Positions 36,501 through 45,695 are shown, counted from the first letter of the stretch. The stretch is DNA of 64,000 bases from an uncultured virus (IMG/VR IMGVR_UViG_3300010885_025158) (IMGVR_UViG_3300010885_025158), one strand, 5' to 3'. Translations and numbers: made by a program. Notes: generated from the letters alone by a model not told the origin.

Positions 36501-37473
36501 AGTATTTTCAGGTCCATTATCAGAAGCAAATTCAATTAGTTTTAACTTTACTGGAGGAACTTATGGACTGTTGTTTTTAAGTATCGCTGGATATACTGCA
36601 AGAAGCGTTAACTTTACTGGTTATGCCGGAGGAGTGAGCGTAATAGCCTCAACTATTATATATGGAAGTTTAACTCTTTCTGCAAGCATGACGCTTACTT
36701 CCTTCACAGGCGGACTAACATTTGGCGCAACAAGCGGCACTCAGCAAATAACAACAAACACAAAAACAATACCTTTTCCACTTAACTTTGATGGAGTTGG
36801 GGGCACATTCCAACTTCAAGATGCGTTGACAATGGGTACTAGTAGATCCATTACATTAACTAACGGCACATTAAATTTAAATGGTCAAACATTAACATTT
36901 ACTGCTGGAAGCTTTATAACTGCAACAGGCACAAAAAATTTAACCTTTAATGGCGGCACATTAGTTGTCCCATCCTCTGCATTTAACAACGCTGCACCCA
37001 CAGGATTTACCACCACAGCAGGAACAGGAACAGGCACAATTTCCATGACTAGCGCAACCGCCAAGACGTTTGTTGGCGGTGATTCTACATTTAATTGCAC
37101 AATTAACCAAGGTGGTGCTGGTGCATTGTTTATTACAGGTTCAAACACTTTCAGCAATATCACAAACACAGTACAACCAGCGTCTGTGCTATTTACCGCA
37201 GGAACCACCACCACATTCAGCAATTTCAGTTTGTCAGGCACGGCGGGAAATTTGATAACGATTGGTTCTGACACTGCCGCAAGCCACACACTGTCAAAGG
37301 CAAGCGGTACTGTAAGCAGAGACTATTTGTCAATTAGTCAGTCCATAGCTACTGGTGGGGCCAATTGGTATGCAGGGGCAAATTCCACAGACGGCGGCAA
37401 TAACTCAGGGTGGGTGTTTACTGTACCCCCTACGCCTACTTCAAATGGCAACTTCTTTTTAATGTTTAATTAA
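33574..37473 (+). CDS. Large beta-helix/adhesin-like receptor-binding protein
   Basis: MANRYWVGGTGAW start, Thr/Gly/Ser-rich beta-solenoid repeats and an internal duplication. Confidence 0.7.
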   Translation: MANRYWVGGTGAWSSTSTANWSAATGLSFTASRTGTTLTTVGSPALAVGMTVWGSTGTNLGTISSGSVNTWTMNTSGTVSSQSMSAATIGASVPTAADSVFFDANSNSSTTAFTVTMSVTPRVCNDFTASGLDGVMTLAGSAIGLTVSGSLTFHATNFSRTYTGTTTFNATTTGKTVTTNGVAFGSVVTFDGVGGAWTLGSAFNCGTSDLTVTNGTFDTSASNYSVTAGRLFSNNANVRTINLNGSTVAVSSSSPVTFTTTNLTFNVGTSTLNCSNVFPTFSGSGLTYYNVSFTSTTALPIITGANTFNNLTFAGRTTVGVGAVSIYANQTINGTFTVSAGTASAYRIQINSDTFGTIRTLTCAAVSLTDVDFRDITIAGAAAPATGTRIGDGKGNSGITFPAAKTVYYRALVSAGWGGTGGGLWSATSGGAVDGTMFPLAQDTAVFPADTYPASGSTTTINDNYYIGTIDMSLRTSNTMTLATGTTAPFIYGSWINGTGITISGTGILTFAGRTTQQITSAGITFTQPITINSSGGSVTLQDALNIGTNNLLIPRGTFDTSSSGNYAVTAASLQLNQTNPRGANLNASTITLSSQYPISIPSTLGGLTWNAGTSTINCTSPIVGWFPGSTQTYYNVAFTSTALTTPQLGVTASDASIFNNLTITGRATIGIGVLSVASNHTINGTFTVNAGAVASCRIAVFSSTFNTTRTLTCAAVSLADVDFRDITIAGAASPASGTRLGDCKGNSGITFPAAKTVFYGETGSSSWGTGGIGSWSATSGGGRDSTQFPLAQDTAVFPAATYPASGSTTTINAEYNIGTIDMSLRTSDTMTLATGGNSLSVYGNWINGTGITLTGTGRITYSGRTTQTITSSAKTFTQPFSVTSPSGSVVLQDAFTTSSTLATNLNYGTLDLQSYTLTTSLFSSANSNTRTIAFGTGQISCTATGTPWDTQTVTGLTTTGTQVVNITYTGSTTITVFSGPLSEANSISFNFTGGTYGLLFLSIAGYTARSVNFTGYAGGVSVIASTIIYGSLTLSASMTLTSFTGGLTFGATSGTQQITTNTKTIPFPLNFDGVGGTFQLQDALTMGTSRSITLTNGTLNLNGQTLTFTAGSFITATGTKNLTFNGGTLVVPSSAFNNAAPTGFTTTAGTGTGTISMTSATAKTFVGGDSTFNCTINQGGAGALFITGSNTFSNITNTVQPASVLFTAGTTTTFSNFSLSGTAGNLITIGSDTAASHTLSKASGTVSRDYLSISQSIATGGANWYAGANSTDGGNNSGWVFTVPPTPTSNGNFFLMFN
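34216..36296 (+). repeat. ~1.03-1.05 kb tandem intragenic duplication
   Basis: GTFDTS...FPLAQDTAVFPA...LQDA block occurs twice. 43 identical bp at 34751-34793 and 35804-35846. Boundaries approximate. Confidence 0.85.
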
Positions 37474-37511
37474 AAATACTTTGCAAATAAAAATAAATAC
37501 GGAGGTAACAC

Positions 37512-38198
37512 ATGAGTTACATAGGAAATAGTCCAGGAGTAGCGTCACAAAGGGTGACTACTAACATAACAGCCACGGCCGGGCAAACTCAGTTTACCAC
37601 CTTGTCCGGGTACATTTTAGGATACGTGGACGTATACCTAAACGGTTCTAAGCTAATAAATGGCGTAGACTTTGAAGCTATTACAGGCACCTACATTACA
37701 CTATTCACAGCTGCTGAGCTTAGTGATGTGGTAGAACTGGTCAGTTATATACCGCGTGGTTTAACTGACGGATACACCAAAGCCGAAGCAGATGCTAAAT
37801 TTTTAGACGTCGCTGGTGATACTGCCACAGGTACAGTTACCCTACCCACCCTAAACTTGACCAATGCGCTGGGTACGCAATATGGTGGTACTGGGGTTAT
37901 TAATAATGTGGCAGCAACTGTTACCAGTTCTGGTAACTTTGCGTATACCAGAACTCTTACTGCCACAACAAACGTAACATTTCCAACAACTGGTACCCTA
38001 GCTACTATAGCAGGTACAGAAACCCTAACAAACAAAACTGTTAGTGCAGGTATTTTAACAGGTACTGTAACAGCGGGCGGCGGGGTGGGCACTAGTGGAC
38101 AATTTTTACAGTCCACTAGTACAGGCGTACAGTGGGCTAGTGTTGTTTCGGCGCCTCCCATTACTAAACTACAAGCACAATCATTTGGAGGCTTTTAA
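37512..38198 (+). CDS. Fibre/adaptor protein
   Basis: MSYIGNSP, TATAGQTQF..VDVYLNG domain, TETLTNKT and C-terminal QSFGGF. Confidence 0.6.
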   Translation: MSYIGNSPGVASQRVTTNITATAGQTQFTTLSGYILGYVDVYLNGSKLINGVDFEAITGTYITLFTAAELSDVVELVSYIPRGLTDGYTKAEADAKFLDVAGDTATGTVTLPTLNLTNALGTQYGGTGVINNVAATVTSSGNFAYTRTLTATTNVTFPTTGTLATIAGTETLTNKTVSAGILTGTVTAGGGVGTSGQFLQSTSTGVQWASVVSAPPITKLQAQSFGGF

Positions 38199-38621
38199 AT
38201 GGCACAAAATACAAACCCAATCTTTCCTTTAGTTCCAGTAGTAACATGGGTCAATGCGGCAGGTCTTGTTGCAAACACAACCACCGATTTAACTGCTGGT
38301 ACTAACTACAATTCTAACTTTACTGCCAATGCAATAAATGGTTCTAGAGTTGACTTTATCCGCGTAAGAACATTAGGTACAAACGTAGCAACAGTTATTC
38401 GCGTTTGGATTAACAATGGTTCAACTACAGCAACAGCCGCTAATAATACGCTATTTTTTGAAAGAACACTGGCTGCAACAACTGTTTCACAAACCGCAGA
38501 ACAAATTGATACAGTTCTTCCAGTAAATATATCTTTACCAGCAAGTTATAAAATTTACTACACATTTGGAACTGCTGTAGCAGCTGGCTATAGCATACAA
38601 GTAGTTGGCGGAGATTACTAA
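38199..38621 (+). CDS. Small beta-sandwich adaptor protein
   Basis: NTNPIFP, GTNVATVIRVWINNG and C-terminal GGDY. Confidence 0.55.
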   Translation: MAQNTNPIFPLVPVVTWVNAAGLVANTTTDLTAGTNYNSNFTANAINGSRVDFIRVRTLGTNVATVIRVWINNGSTTATAANNTLFFERTLAATTVSQTAEQIDTVLPVNISLPASYKIYYTFGTAVAAGYSIQVVGGDY

Positions 38622-39748
38622 TGTTTAACGGCTTTCCTACAACTGTTAGCCCATTAGTCCAGCAATGGGATTTTTCAAACGCAAATTCAGCGCAACTAAG
38701 TAACCCTAGTAATCAAGTTGCATTAGCAGACGACTGTGCACCTACGCAACTTTTTTATGTTGGCGGTAGTTATTACCCAGTAAGGGTAATACTCCCTGCT
38801 GCGTCTGCTCTTGGAAAAATCATAAACATAAGAGTTGAACAAGTTGGAAGTGTTGTTAATTCAGGTAGTAATGGAGTTTGGGTATATGATCTACTAGCCC
38901 ATCCCAATTCAAATAATGAAGGTACTGTTGTAGCAAAAATTGGAACTCCTGGAGACTTGTCTTTTGTCTGTGTTGCATATTCAGTAAAGGATGCATCTAC
39001 TCGTAGCAACTACAAATGGGCGGTTCTTAGTGGAAGTACTTCATCTTCCAATGCATTAGGAACCTACTCAGGTACAGGTTCTGCTCAGTTTGGTTATAAC
39101 ACAGTTTCTAGCGTTGGCTCTTTTGCCGCAGGTTCGGGCAATACTGTTTCAGGTTGGAATAGTGTTGCTTTTGGGCAGGGCCACACTGTGTCCAGTTTAT
39201 ATACTGGCGCTTTTGGAGGAAACTCAAACGTAGTAGATGCGGTAAACGCAACTGCTATAGGTGGGTTTTACGGAACAACAAACGGCGTAGCTTTTAAAAC
39301 CGTATTTCCCGGCGATAGTCTTGGAACTTTTGGCAATAGAGGTTTAAGTCAAGCAGGGCTTTTGTCTCTTGCAGTCCAAACAACAGATGCCACAGCAACT
39401 GCATTAAGAAGTAATTCAAGCGCCGCTGGGACAACAAACCAACTTGTTCTTCAAAACAATTCTGCAATGTACGTATCAGGGAGCATTATTGCCAACGTAA
39501 CGGCAGCGGGTAATACGGCTGCTTGGAGTTTTGAGGCGGTTATTAAGCGAGGGGCTAACGCAGCCTCTACGGTGCTTGTTGGTACACCAGTAGTAAACCT
39601 AGTTGCTCGAGACGCTGGTGCTTCTACATGGATTGTTGCACTTACCGCAGACACAACAAACGGAGCATTAATGTTTACGGTAACGGGACAAGCCGCAACG
39701 ACAATTCGTTGGGTGGCTAATCTTCGCTCGAATGAAGTTGGATTTTAA
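38621..39748 (+). CDS. Fibre tip protein with YadA-head-like repeats
   Basis: Repeats G.NTVS..S.A.G. C-terminal ADTTNGAL..TVTG..TIRWVA. Confidence 0.6.
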   Translation: MFNGFPTTVSPLVQQWDFSNANSAQLSNPSNQVALADDCAPTQLFYVGGSYYPVRVILPAASALGKIINIRVEQVGSVVNSGSNGVWVYDLLAHPNSNNEGTVVAKIGTPGDLSFVCVAYSVKDASTRSNYKWAVLSGSTSSSNALGTYSGTGSAQFGYNTVSSVGSFAAGSGNTVSGWNSVAFGQGHTVSSLYTGAFGGNSNVVDAVNATAIGGFYGTTNGVAFKTVFPGDSLGTFGNRGLSQAGLLSLAVQTTDATATALRSNSSAAGTTNQLVLQNNSAMYVSGSIIANVTAAGNTAAWSFEAVIKRGANAASTVLVGTPVVNLVARDAGASTWIVALTADTTNGALMFTVTGQAATTIRWVANLRSNEVGF

Positions 39749-39757
39749 GGAACAATC

Positions 39758-40027
39758 ATGGCAATAGAAACAAATATACAAGAAACAGGAATTGGTGTGT
39801 CTTTTCCAACCGCATACGCACGAATTGTTGAATTTCGTGGAGACAAAACCAGCGTTCAATATCATGTCGCTGTATATGCAACAGCAGAAGCTAGAGAAAA
39901 GAGTTTTTCTCCTATAGAGACTCACATGTTTGCATGCCCATTGCCGCAAGGAGCAGTAGAATTATTGCCATATCTTTACAGTAATTTAAAGCAACAAGCT
40001 AGGTTTGAAAACGCGGAGGATTGCTAA
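39758..40027 (+). CDS. Fibre-associated chaperone-like protein
   Basis: AYARI..VAVYA..AR..YSNLK...AEDC. Follows a fibre tip gene. Confidence 0.5.
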   Translation: MAIETNIQETGIGVSFPTAYARIVEFRGDKTSVQYHVAVYATAEAREKSFSPIETHMFACPLPQGAVELLPYLYSNLKQQARFENAEDC

Positions 40028-40345
40028 ATGCCTATTCCATTAAACCATGCAGGTGCAGGAACTGTAACTCTTGCAGCTCCTGCAAGCGGGTCATATACTT
40101 TAACATTTCCTACGGCAGTTGCTGCCGTAAATGGGTATATGTTATCATCAGATACTAGTGGTAATTTAAGTTGGGTAGTAGTCCCTGACCCTGTAGCCAC
40201 CAACGGTATAGTAGTGAACAGTTTAACGGTATCTACCAACTATACAATCGCCGCAGGCTATTCAGGGTCATCGGCAGGCCCCGTAACACTGGCTTCAGGA
40301 GTTACAGTAACAGTCGCATCCGGTTCACGCTGGGTTGTTTTATAA
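40028..40345 (+). CDS. Short fibre/adaptor protein
   Basis: GYMLSSDTSGNLSW fibre motif and C-terminal SAGPVTLASGVTVTVASGSRWVVL. Confidence 0.55.
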   Translation: MPIPLNHAGAGTVTLAAPASGSYTLTFPTAVAAVNGYMLSSDTSGNLSWVVVPDPVATNGIVVNSLTVSTNYTIAAGYSGSSAGPVTLASGVTVTVASGSRWVVL

Positions 40346-40355
40346 AGGAAAGAAT

Positions 40356-41594
40356 ATGAGTATTGTTTTACTCGGAGCAACAAGCGGAAGTGTTACCTTA
40401 GCCGAACCAGCCGTTGGTGGAAGTACCACTATTAATATTCCTGCTGTTTCAGGCACTATGGCTGTGTTGCCCACTGCTACTGGGGTTCTTGCAGAAGCCA
40501 GTGGCGGCACTGGTACTGCGGTGGGTTATACAGGATTCAAGAATCGTATTATTAATGGTGCGATGGCGATTGACCAGCGTAATGCTGGGGCAATTATTAA
40601 TAATGCTGGAAGCGGTGCTGGTGCATATACGCTGGATAGATTTGTTATATTTGAAAATGGGTCAATGGCATTCTCTGTTCAGCAAACTCCAAGCACAACT
40701 GAAACTGGCTATGCTGTGCGTGTTGCCGCCGGATTTCAAAATTATTTAGCAGTAACTACAACAACTGGAGCAAGCCCAGGTACAGATGTTAGATCACAAC
40801 TCTATCAAAGTATTGAAGGTTATAACATTGCAGATTTTGCATGGGGAACTGCTTCTGCAAAAACTGTTACTTTATCATTTTGGGTACGAAGTTCATTAAC
40901 AGGCCAATTTGGTGGTACTCTACAAGGTGGGGCTGGTCAGTCATATCCTTTTATTTACACAATCTCTGCTGCAAATACTTGGGAACAAAAATCTATTACT
41001 GTACCAGGTGCAACAGCAGGAACCTGGGTAGTTAACAACAACGCAGGTTTAACTTTAGTACTTGATCTTGGCGGCGGTTCAAATTTACTTTCGCCAACAA
41101 GCGGAGCATGGGTCACAGCAGATTATCGTGGTGTAACTGGTGATACAAAAATAAGTGAAACTACGGGAGCCACCTTCTACATCACAGGCGTTCAACTGGA
41201 AAAAGGCTCAACAGCAACTGCGTTTGACTTCCGCCCATATGGGACTGAGTTGGCTTTGTGTCAGCGGTATTATGAAAAATCATATGATATTGGAACTGCA
41301 ATAGGAACAAGTTCAGCTGGAATAGTTGCTCCTCAGATTACTACAACAAATTATTACAATAATGGTTTGCCTAGATGGATGGTTGAAAAAAGAGCTACAC
41401 CAACAGTTGTAATTTACAACTCTAATACTGGTACAGTAAACTCTTTGTATAATACAGATAGTGGAGCAAATGTTACTATTAGCAGTTTAACTGGTGTGAA
41501 TACAAAAGGATATCAGTATATTTACAGTAGTGCTGCTGTAGCATCAGCTGGACAACGATTGGAATATCATTACACGGTAAGTGCGGAACTATAA
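40356..41594 (+). CDS. Tail fibre with carbohydrate-binding-like domain (paralog 1)
   Basis: [18 protein letters not shown]...[26 protein letters not shown], ending SAEL. Confidence 0.75.
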   Translation: MSIVLLGATSGSVTLAEPAVGGSTTINIPAVSGTMAVLPTATGVLAEASGGTGTAVGYTGFKNRIINGAMAIDQRNAGAIINNAGSGAGAYTLDRFVIFENGSMAFSVQQTPSTTETGYAVRVAAGFQNYLAVTTTTGASPGTDVRSQLYQSIEGYNIADFAWGTASAKTVTLSFWVRSSLTGQFGGTLQGGAGQSYPFIYTISAANTWEQKSITVPGATAGTWVVNNNAGLTLVLDLGGGSNLLSPTSGAWVTADYRGVTGDTKISETTGATFYITGVQLEKGSTATAFDFRPYGTELALCQRYYEKSYDIGTAIGTSSAGIVAPQITTTNYYNNGLPRWMVEKRATPTVVIYNSNTGTVNSLYNTDSGANVTISSLTGVNTKGYQYIYSSAAVASAGQRLEYHYTVSAEL

Positions 41595-41598
41595 TTAT

Positions 41599-41763
41599 AT
41601 GTACAAATTAACTAATATAAATCCAAGAACAAATATCGTTGAGTGTTTAATACGTTTATCTGACGGAGCATTCATCCCATTTGCCCCCGACAACACAGAC
41701 TACCAAGCCTTTCTTGCTTGGTGCGCAGAGGGCAACACGCCTGAACCAGCAGAAGGAGCATAA
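41599..41763 (+). CDS. Small fibre chaperone (paralog 1)
   Basis: [23 protein letters not shown]. Confidence 0.7.
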   Translation: MYKLTNINPRTNIVECLIRLSDGAFIPFAPDNTDYQAFLAWCAEGNTPEPAEGA

Positions 41764-41765
41764 CC

Positions 41766-43010
41766 ATGGCGATCACGCTAGACGGAACTTTGGGCATCAC
41801 AACCCCAGGACTGACAAACACAGGCACAGAAATCCTTGTTAATTTAACTACAACAGGCAACACCATTTTAGGTGACGCAAGCACAGACACTGTGTTAATG
41901 ACTGGAGCGCCTTCTATTGGCGGTGCTGGCTTGGGCATGGGCATGGGGTTTCGCAATCGTATTATTAACGGGGATATGCGGATTGACCAGCGTAATGCTG
42001 GGGCGAGTTTGTCGCTTACTAGTGTTTCTGGATTTCCTGTTGACAGATGGAATCCTGTTATCAGACCAACGGGCGGCGGTACTGCTACCGGACAACAAGT
42101 CTCAGATGCACCAACAGGATTTTCTAATAGTTTAAAACTAACAGTTGCAACAGCAGATACTAGTCTTGCATCACAAGATTATTATTTTTTGTGGCAAAAA
42201 ATTGAAGGATTTAATTCATACGATTTTCTGTTTGGTACCGCTAACGCATCTTCTGTAACCTTATCGTTTTGGGTTAAATCTAGCGTTACGGGACAGCTGA
42301 GTGCATTTTTACAAAACTCAGCAGAATCATATATATGCCCTATTTCATATACAATTAATGCCGCAAATACTTGGGAAAAGAAAACAATCACTTTTTCCGG
42401 TGCAACTGCTGGAACTTGGGTTGGTGCAACTAACGGTGATGGATTGCATGTTGGATTTTCATTAGCTAATGGCACCGGTCTACAAAGCACCTCTGGTGTT
42501 TGGACTGCATCTAATTTATATGGTTCCACTGGAGATATTAATTGGATGGCAACATCTGGTAATACATGGCAAATTACAGGCGTTCAGCTTGAAAAAGGCA
42601 GTACCGCAACATCGTTTGACTTTCGTGATTATGGGACTGAGTTGGGTTTGTGTCAGAGGTACTACTGGCAATTAAGCAGTTCCGACAAAGGCGGCTACAC
42701 AAACGGGTTGATTTATCAAGGGTGGGCCGACACAGCCACGAGTTCAATTGGCATCGCTCAGTTTCCTGTGACCATGAGAACTGCTCCAACGCTTTCTACA
42801 AGCGGCACAGTGGCTGACTATGTATTTAGAGCGCCACAGAGCCAAGGCATTTCCCCTGTTTGCAATGGCGTCCCAACAATTTCAACTAGCGGAACAAATT
42901 ACGTTCGCATGGGTGCAACAACAAGCAGTACGTTCACTATTGGCGCTGGTCACTATTTTAGTTTTTCTGGCAACACAACGGGCTTTGTTGGTTTTTCTGC
43001 GGAGTTATAA
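41766..43010 (+). CDS. Tail fibre with carbohydrate-binding-like domain (paralog 2)
   Basis: FRNRIINGDMRIDQRNAG...[31 protein letters not shown], ending SAEL. Confidence 0.75.
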   Translation: MAITLDGTLGITTPGLTNTGTEILVNLTTTGNTILGDASTDTVLMTGAPSIGGAGLGMGMGFRNRIINGDMRIDQRNAGASLSLTSVSGFPVDRWNPVIRPTGGGTATGQQVSDAPTGFSNSLKLTVATADTSLASQDYYFLWQKIEGFNSYDFLFGTANASSVTLSFWVKSSVTGQLSAFLQNSAESYICPISYTINAANTWEKKTITFSGATAGTWVGATNGDGLHVGFSLANGTGLQSTSGVWTASNLYGSTGDINWMATSGNTWQITGVQLEKGSTATSFDFRDYGTELGLCQRYYWQLSSSDKGGYTNGLIYQGWADTATSSIGIAQFPVTMRTAPTLSTSGTVADYVFRAPQSQGISPVCNGVPTISTSGTNYVRMGATTSSTFTIGAGHYFSFSGNTTGFVGFSAEL

Positions 43011-43178
43011 ATGACTACATACAAACTTTTAAAAGTAGATGGTGTTGAAATTGGCGTTTTTCGTAACGATAAAGACAGCATCCCCTTTGTTGAAGACAAC
43101 ACTGACTACCAAGCATATTTGAAATGGCTTGCAGAGGGCAACACGCCCCTACCAGCAGACACACAAGGAGCTGTATAA
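43011..43178 (+). CDS. Small fibre chaperone (paralog 2)
   Basis: Not in the ORF track. MTTYKLLKVDGVEIGVFRNDKDSIPFVEDNTDYQAYLKWLAEGNTPLPADTQGAV exactly fills the gap between its neighbours. Confidence 0.8.
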   Translation: MTTYKLLKVDGVEIGVFRNDKDSIPFVEDNTDYQAYLKWLAEGNTPLPADTQGAV

Positions 43179-44513
43179 ATGGCATCAATAATTAACGCAG
43201 CAACATCAGGTGGTTTAATTACCACCGCAGACACTTCAGGTATTTTAAACCTTCAAACTGCTGGAACCACAGCGATCACTGTAGATGGCTCACAAAATGT
43301 GGGTATTGGTACTACAAGTCCTTATCGTAAATTTCAAGTAGGAAACTACAGCGCAAACGCAGTAATGGCTCTTGGTTCATCACCAACTGGTACAGGCACG
43401 CTTGTTTTTTCAACATCAGATAGTGCGCCAGGTAGATATGTGGGGACAATTGACTACAACCACACAAGCAATTATCTAGCATTTACTACAAATGCTTCAG
43501 AGGGTATGCGTATCGACTCAAGTGGTAACTTGGGTATCAACCAATCAACACCCGCTGGAAAACTTCATGTTGTCGGTGCAACAAATAACTGGACTCAAGT
43601 TGTTGCTGGTAGCACTACCTCTACACAATCTTATGGATTACGCATACAAGCGGGAACTACTTCCGCTGACTTTTCATTTTTAATCAGAGATGCAACTAAT
43701 GCCACTGATTATTTGACGGTGACTGGAAATGGTAATGTAGGTGTTGGAACCAGCTCGCCAACTGTTAAGTTCCAAACGGTTCAAACTATTGCTGATTGGA
43801 CGGGAGATTTTAAAAATTACACAGCAGGGGCTTATGGGTTAAGAGTAGATTTATCGGGTTCGTCTGGCAGCCAAGCCGCTTTACAAGTATACACTGCGAC
43901 AGGTAGTGGAATAATAGTAAAAAACGATGGTCTTGTTGGTATTGGGACTTTTACGCCTTATCGTCAATTTCAAGTAGGAAATTACAGCACAAACGCAATA
44001 ATGGCCCTTGGTTCATCACCAACTGGTACAGGCACGCTTGTTTTTTCAACATCAGATAGTGCCCCTGGCAGATATGTAGGCTCGATTGACTACAATCACA
44101 CAAGCAATTATCTAGCATTTACCGCAAATGCTTCAGAGCGTATGCGTATCGACTCCAGCGGTAACTTGCTTTTCAACTCAGGTTATGGGTCTGTTGCTAC
44201 AGCCTACGGCTGTCGTGCTTGGGTAAACTTTAACGGCACAGGTACTGTGGCAATTCGTGGAAGCGCTAACGTATCAAGCCTCACAGATAACGGGGCGGGT
44301 AATTACTCAGTTAATTACACGACGGCAATGCCCGATGCAAACTATGCAGGTCTTGCAACTTGCAGAAGGTCCGCAGCCTATACACTTTATGGGAATGCAA
44401 CTTTTTTGCCAACATCTACATCTGCTGGACAAGTATGTACTGGCATTGAAGATTCTTACTCAGGTGAAATCCCGAATGACTCTGAGTGGGTGCACGTTGC
44501 AATTTTTAGATAG
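43179..44513 (+). CDS. Tail fibre protein
   Basis: GNVGIGT.SP and MRIDSSGNL repeats. C-terminal CRAWVNFNGTG..NVSS.TDNG.G.Y tip domain. Confidence 0.78.
   Translation: MASIINAATSGGLITTADTSGILNLQTAGTTAITVDGSQNVGIGTTSPYRKFQVGNYSANAVMALGSSPTGTGTLVFSTSDSAPGRYVGTIDYNHTSNYLAFTTNASEGMRIDSSGNLGINQSTPAGKLHVVGATNNWTQVVAGSTTSTQSYGLRIQAGTTSADFSFLIRDATNATDYLTVTGNGNVGVGTSSPTVKFQTVQTIADWTGDFKNYTAGAYGLRVDLSGSSGSQAALQVYTATGSGIIVKNDGLVGIGTFTPYRQFQVGNYSTNAIMALGSSPTGTGTLVFSTSDSAPGRYVGSIDYNHTSNYLAFTANASERMRIDSSGNLLFNSGYGSVATAYGCRAWVNFNGTGTVAIRGSANVSSLTDNGAGNYSVNYTTAMPDANYAGLATCRRSAAYTLYGNATFLPTSTSAGQVCTGIEDSYSGEIPNDSEWVHVAIFR
43320..44168 (+). repeat. 213 bp direct repeat (43320-43532 and 43956-44168)
   Basis: Near-identical PYR.FQVGNYS...MRIDSSGNL module at an in-frame offset of 636 bp. 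Confidence 0.9.
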
Positions 44514-44521
44514 GAGAAAAC

Positions 44522-44713
44522 ATGAACTCAAGAATTATTTATCCAACTGACGATGGTGGGGTTGCCGTCGTCATTCCAGCACCAGAGTGCGGTTTAACCA
44601 TTGAAGAAATTGCCGCCAAGGATGTTCCTGCTGGCAAAGCGTACAAAATTGTGGATGTTACTGACATTCCCTCAGACCGAACATTTAGAGCTGCATGGGA
44701 GTACACAGCATGA
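44522..44713 (+). CDS. Fibre assembly chaperone-like protein
   Basis: RIIYPTDDGGVAVVIPA..IAAKDVP..DIPSDRTFRAAW. Confidence 0.65.
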   Translation: MNSRIIYPTDDGGVAVVIPAPECGLTIEEIAAKDVPAGKAYKIVDVTDIPSDRTFRAAWEYTA

Positions 44714-44946
44714 TTATCATCAACATTAACAAAGCAAAAACAATTGCTCACGAAAAGCGTAGGCAAGCAAGGTCTGCTGAGTTTGCTCCGCTAGACATTA
44801 AAGCAACTATTCCAAGTGAAGCAACAGCCGCAGAAGCAGCTAGACAAGTTATCAGGGATAAGTATGCTACCATGCAAGTTGCAATTGACACAGCTGCCAA
44901 TTTAGACGCAATTAAAATTGAACTAAATAGCCTATCACCCACATAA
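44710..44946 (+). CDS. Fibre assembly chaperone-like helical protein
   Basis: ATGA overlap. KAKTIAHEKRRQAR..FAPLD. Confidence 0.6.
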   Translation: MIIININKAKTIAHEKRRQARSAEFAPLDIKATIPSEATAAEAARQVIRDKYATMQVAIDTAANLDAIKIELNSLSPT

Positions 44947-44973
44947 CCGCTTTGGAAAGTGCATAAATAAACT

Positions 44974-45390
44974 ATGTGGTTCTTTAACTTTATACCTGAA
45001 ATCTTGTTTTATGTGTTATTTATTGCAGCAGCAATAGGCTATTTAGTTAGCTTATTGCTGCCCAATAGCATACTTAAAAAACAAGTAAAAATTACTAGTA
45101 TAGTTGTGCTAGTAATATCAATATACTTACTTGGTATGTTGAAAGTAAACAACTGGTGGAAAGACAAAGCGGCCGCTCTTGAACAACAAGTTGTTGAATT
45201 AGCGGCAAAAAGTGCCGAAACAAATGTGGTAATTGAAAAACAACTAGTAACTAAAACTCAAGTTGTTAAAGTGCGCGGCGAGGAAATTGTCAAGTACATT
45301 GACAGGGAGATCGTCAAGTACAACACACAATGCGAAATTCCCAAAGAATTTATTACTCAGCACAATCGTGCTGCGGAGCAGCCCAAATGA
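44974..45390 (+). CDS. Inner-membrane spanin (Rz-like)
   Basis: N-terminal TM helices, coiled coil and a C-terminal Cys. Followed by a lipoprotein gene. Confidence 0.7.
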   Translation: MWFFNFIPEILFYVLFIAAAIGYLVSLLLPNSILKKQVKITSIVVLVISIYLLGMLKVNNWWKDKAAALEQQVVELAAKSAETNVVIEKQLVTKTQVVKVRGEEIVKYIDREIVKYNTQCEIPKEFITQHNRAAEQPK

Positions 45391-45695
45391 AACACGAAGA
45401 TCAAGGTGTTATTAGCTCTATGCTAACAGTTACCATTATACTTTTACTTGTTTTAGCACTTTCTGCTTGTTCAACTGTAGTACCGGTTACCGCAAAATTT
45501 CCAGAAGCGCCGGCTAAACAAGCCTTAGTAGCGTGTCCACAGCTAAACACACTACAAGAAACTGCACAGCTTTCTGATGTAGCAAAAACTGTGGTAATTA
45601 ATTACACAGAGTACTATACTTGTGCAGTTAAAATGGATGCGTGGATTGAGTGGTATCAAAAACAAAAAATTATTTTTGAGGGATTAGGTAAATGA
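45387..45695 (+). CDS. Outer-membrane spanin lipoprotein (Rz1-like)
   Basis: Lipobox LALSAC, Pro-rich segment and two further Cys. Confidence 0.75.
   Translation: MKHEDQGVISSMLTVTIILLLVLALSACSTVVPVTAKFPEAPAKQALVACPQLNTLQETAQLSDVAKTVVINYTEYYTCAVKMDAWIEWYQKQKIIFEGLGK

Noticed and set aside
33574..44513. Diversity-generating retroelement or invertase shufflon acting on the fibre repeats
   Set aside because: No reverse transcriptase or recombinase in the window. Repeats are direct and coding, and in the pair I compared (43320/43956) the differences are mostly synonymous rather than adenine-specific.
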